From contig NC_087437.1 in assembly GCF_036321535.1 (NCBI RefSeq), positions 119,414,001-119,478,000 of the forward strand: a stretch of 64,000 nt of DNA, given 5' to 3'. Origin of the DNA: Camelus dromedarius (Eukaryota). The notes beneath the pieces are model-generated. The model saw only the letters and a program-made list of their open reading frames with translations. It made no database searches and had not been told where the DNA came from. The position numbers were made by a program, and so were the translations under genes. Shown piece by piece: positions 62,801-64,000 of the stretch; the stretch's first letter is position 1; each line of letters begins with the position of its first letter.

Positions 62801-64000
62801 AAAAGACTCGCCCTACCTCTGGGCTTTCCCAGGGGTTGACACCTGTGCTGGGTGCAGAGGAGGGGATGGATGATCTATGGCTCCTGGAATGCTGGGTGGG
62901 GGTGATGGGGCGCCCCTCCCGGAGGGGGGTTGCTGGAAACTCCCCGCCCCTAACTGAACACACACAGGGATGGGGACCCCCGGTGTGAGAGCCAAGTCTG
63001 CCAGCAGGACGTGGGTCTGGAAGCAGACGTCTAGCCTTTCCACGTGGGTGGCAAGGTGGGGTGAGGATGGACTTTGGGGACCAGGGTCTCTCCATTAACC
63101 CCCACCAAAGCCAGGATTTGGTGCTTGCATGCCTTTAATGGAGTCAAAATGGGTTATAAAAGCTGGGACAGCAGCACGTGCCCCCAAAGGGCACGATCGG
63201 TGGGCAAAGGGACGGCATTCGGTGCTGCTATGTGTGCCGGAGCTGAAGGGGCATGTTCTTTCCCAATGGGCCAAGCCCAGAGCGCGCTGAGCTAAGGCGG
63301 GGTGTCCTCTTATTCCTGCGATAAGCCCCACCCAGAGGGCTCGGGGCAAGCAGGGCTGCCGAGGCGACGTCCTGCGGGGCCCTCCTGGGAGCGGCAGAGG
63401 CCCTTTCTCAGCCTGGCTCTGAGGAGTCCCGTCCTCAGACCAACGCAAACCTCCCCGGCTGTGTAGGGGATGCACGAACCTACTCATGTTTGTGTTTGAA
63501 GCATCTCACGTGCTCAGTGCCAGAGGCAAACCAGGATTAATTTTGTCAGAGTTTTACTCAGCACTTTAATTTTAATCCACAGAATAGTATAGTGGATGAG
63601 CTAAGTTTTGATCTGGTTAAGCTTTTCCGAGGTAGGCGATGCCTCGGAGGGGTGTGTGTGTGTGTGTGTGAGTGATGTGTCTTTTTCTTCAACAGCAAAG
63701 CAGCATTTTCAAACATCACGAGAAAGAGAAAACCCTGGGCCCACATCTCCCCATCCCCTTATTTGTGCTTTAAATATTCGAAACCCCCAAGATTTCTGAG
63801 CCCTTAAATGCCGTGATGGAAATATGCCCGCTTGCCAGCGACGCCATCATGCACCCCCAAGAGGACATTCTAACAGGGGATGGGCTTGTTCGGTCGCCAG
63901 AGTTGCTGGGGTTTGTAAGGATATTTACAGATGGTCCACGCTCTGGTTTTGTTTTCTATTTTTTTACTAGAAATAATGACAATCCAAAAGCCATCCTCTT

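Larger units (their letters stand above)
58752..64000 (+). other. ABCG1: ABCG1 intron 1 (partial)
   Basis: Starts at gtgagt donor; no sequence encoding the expected exon-2 peptide (NASSYS...) seen in the rest of the window. Confidence 0.85.

Overview
Mammalian nuclear DNA, not a prokaryotic window. It is most likely from a camelid (alpaca/camel lineage), inferred from two vic-1-type tRNA-derived SINEs. About 58 kb is repeat-rich intergenic sequence: old L1 fragments (including a ~6.3 kb minus-strand element with ORF1 and ORF2 remnants), ERV1/ERVL/MaLR LTRs, hAT DNA transposons, MIRs, microsatellites and a 48-bp minisatellite. The window ends with the CpG-island promoter, the first coding exon (MACLMAAFSVGTAM) and the first ~5 kb of intron 1 of ABCG1; exon 2 was not seen. 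Best observations: a DR4 LXR response element in intron 1 with a second DR4-like site nearby; a disabled homolog of the human alternative first exon (MRISLPRAPERDGGVSASSLLDTVT); a minisatellite multiplying KLF/SP and E-box motifs 20 kb upstream; and an orphan NF-Y/E-box module at ~25.1 kb. Almost all ORFs in the supplied track are spurious or L1 remnants. I found no convincing new biological system. Repeat family names and human isoform sequences are recalled from memory, and old-repeat boundaries are approximate.
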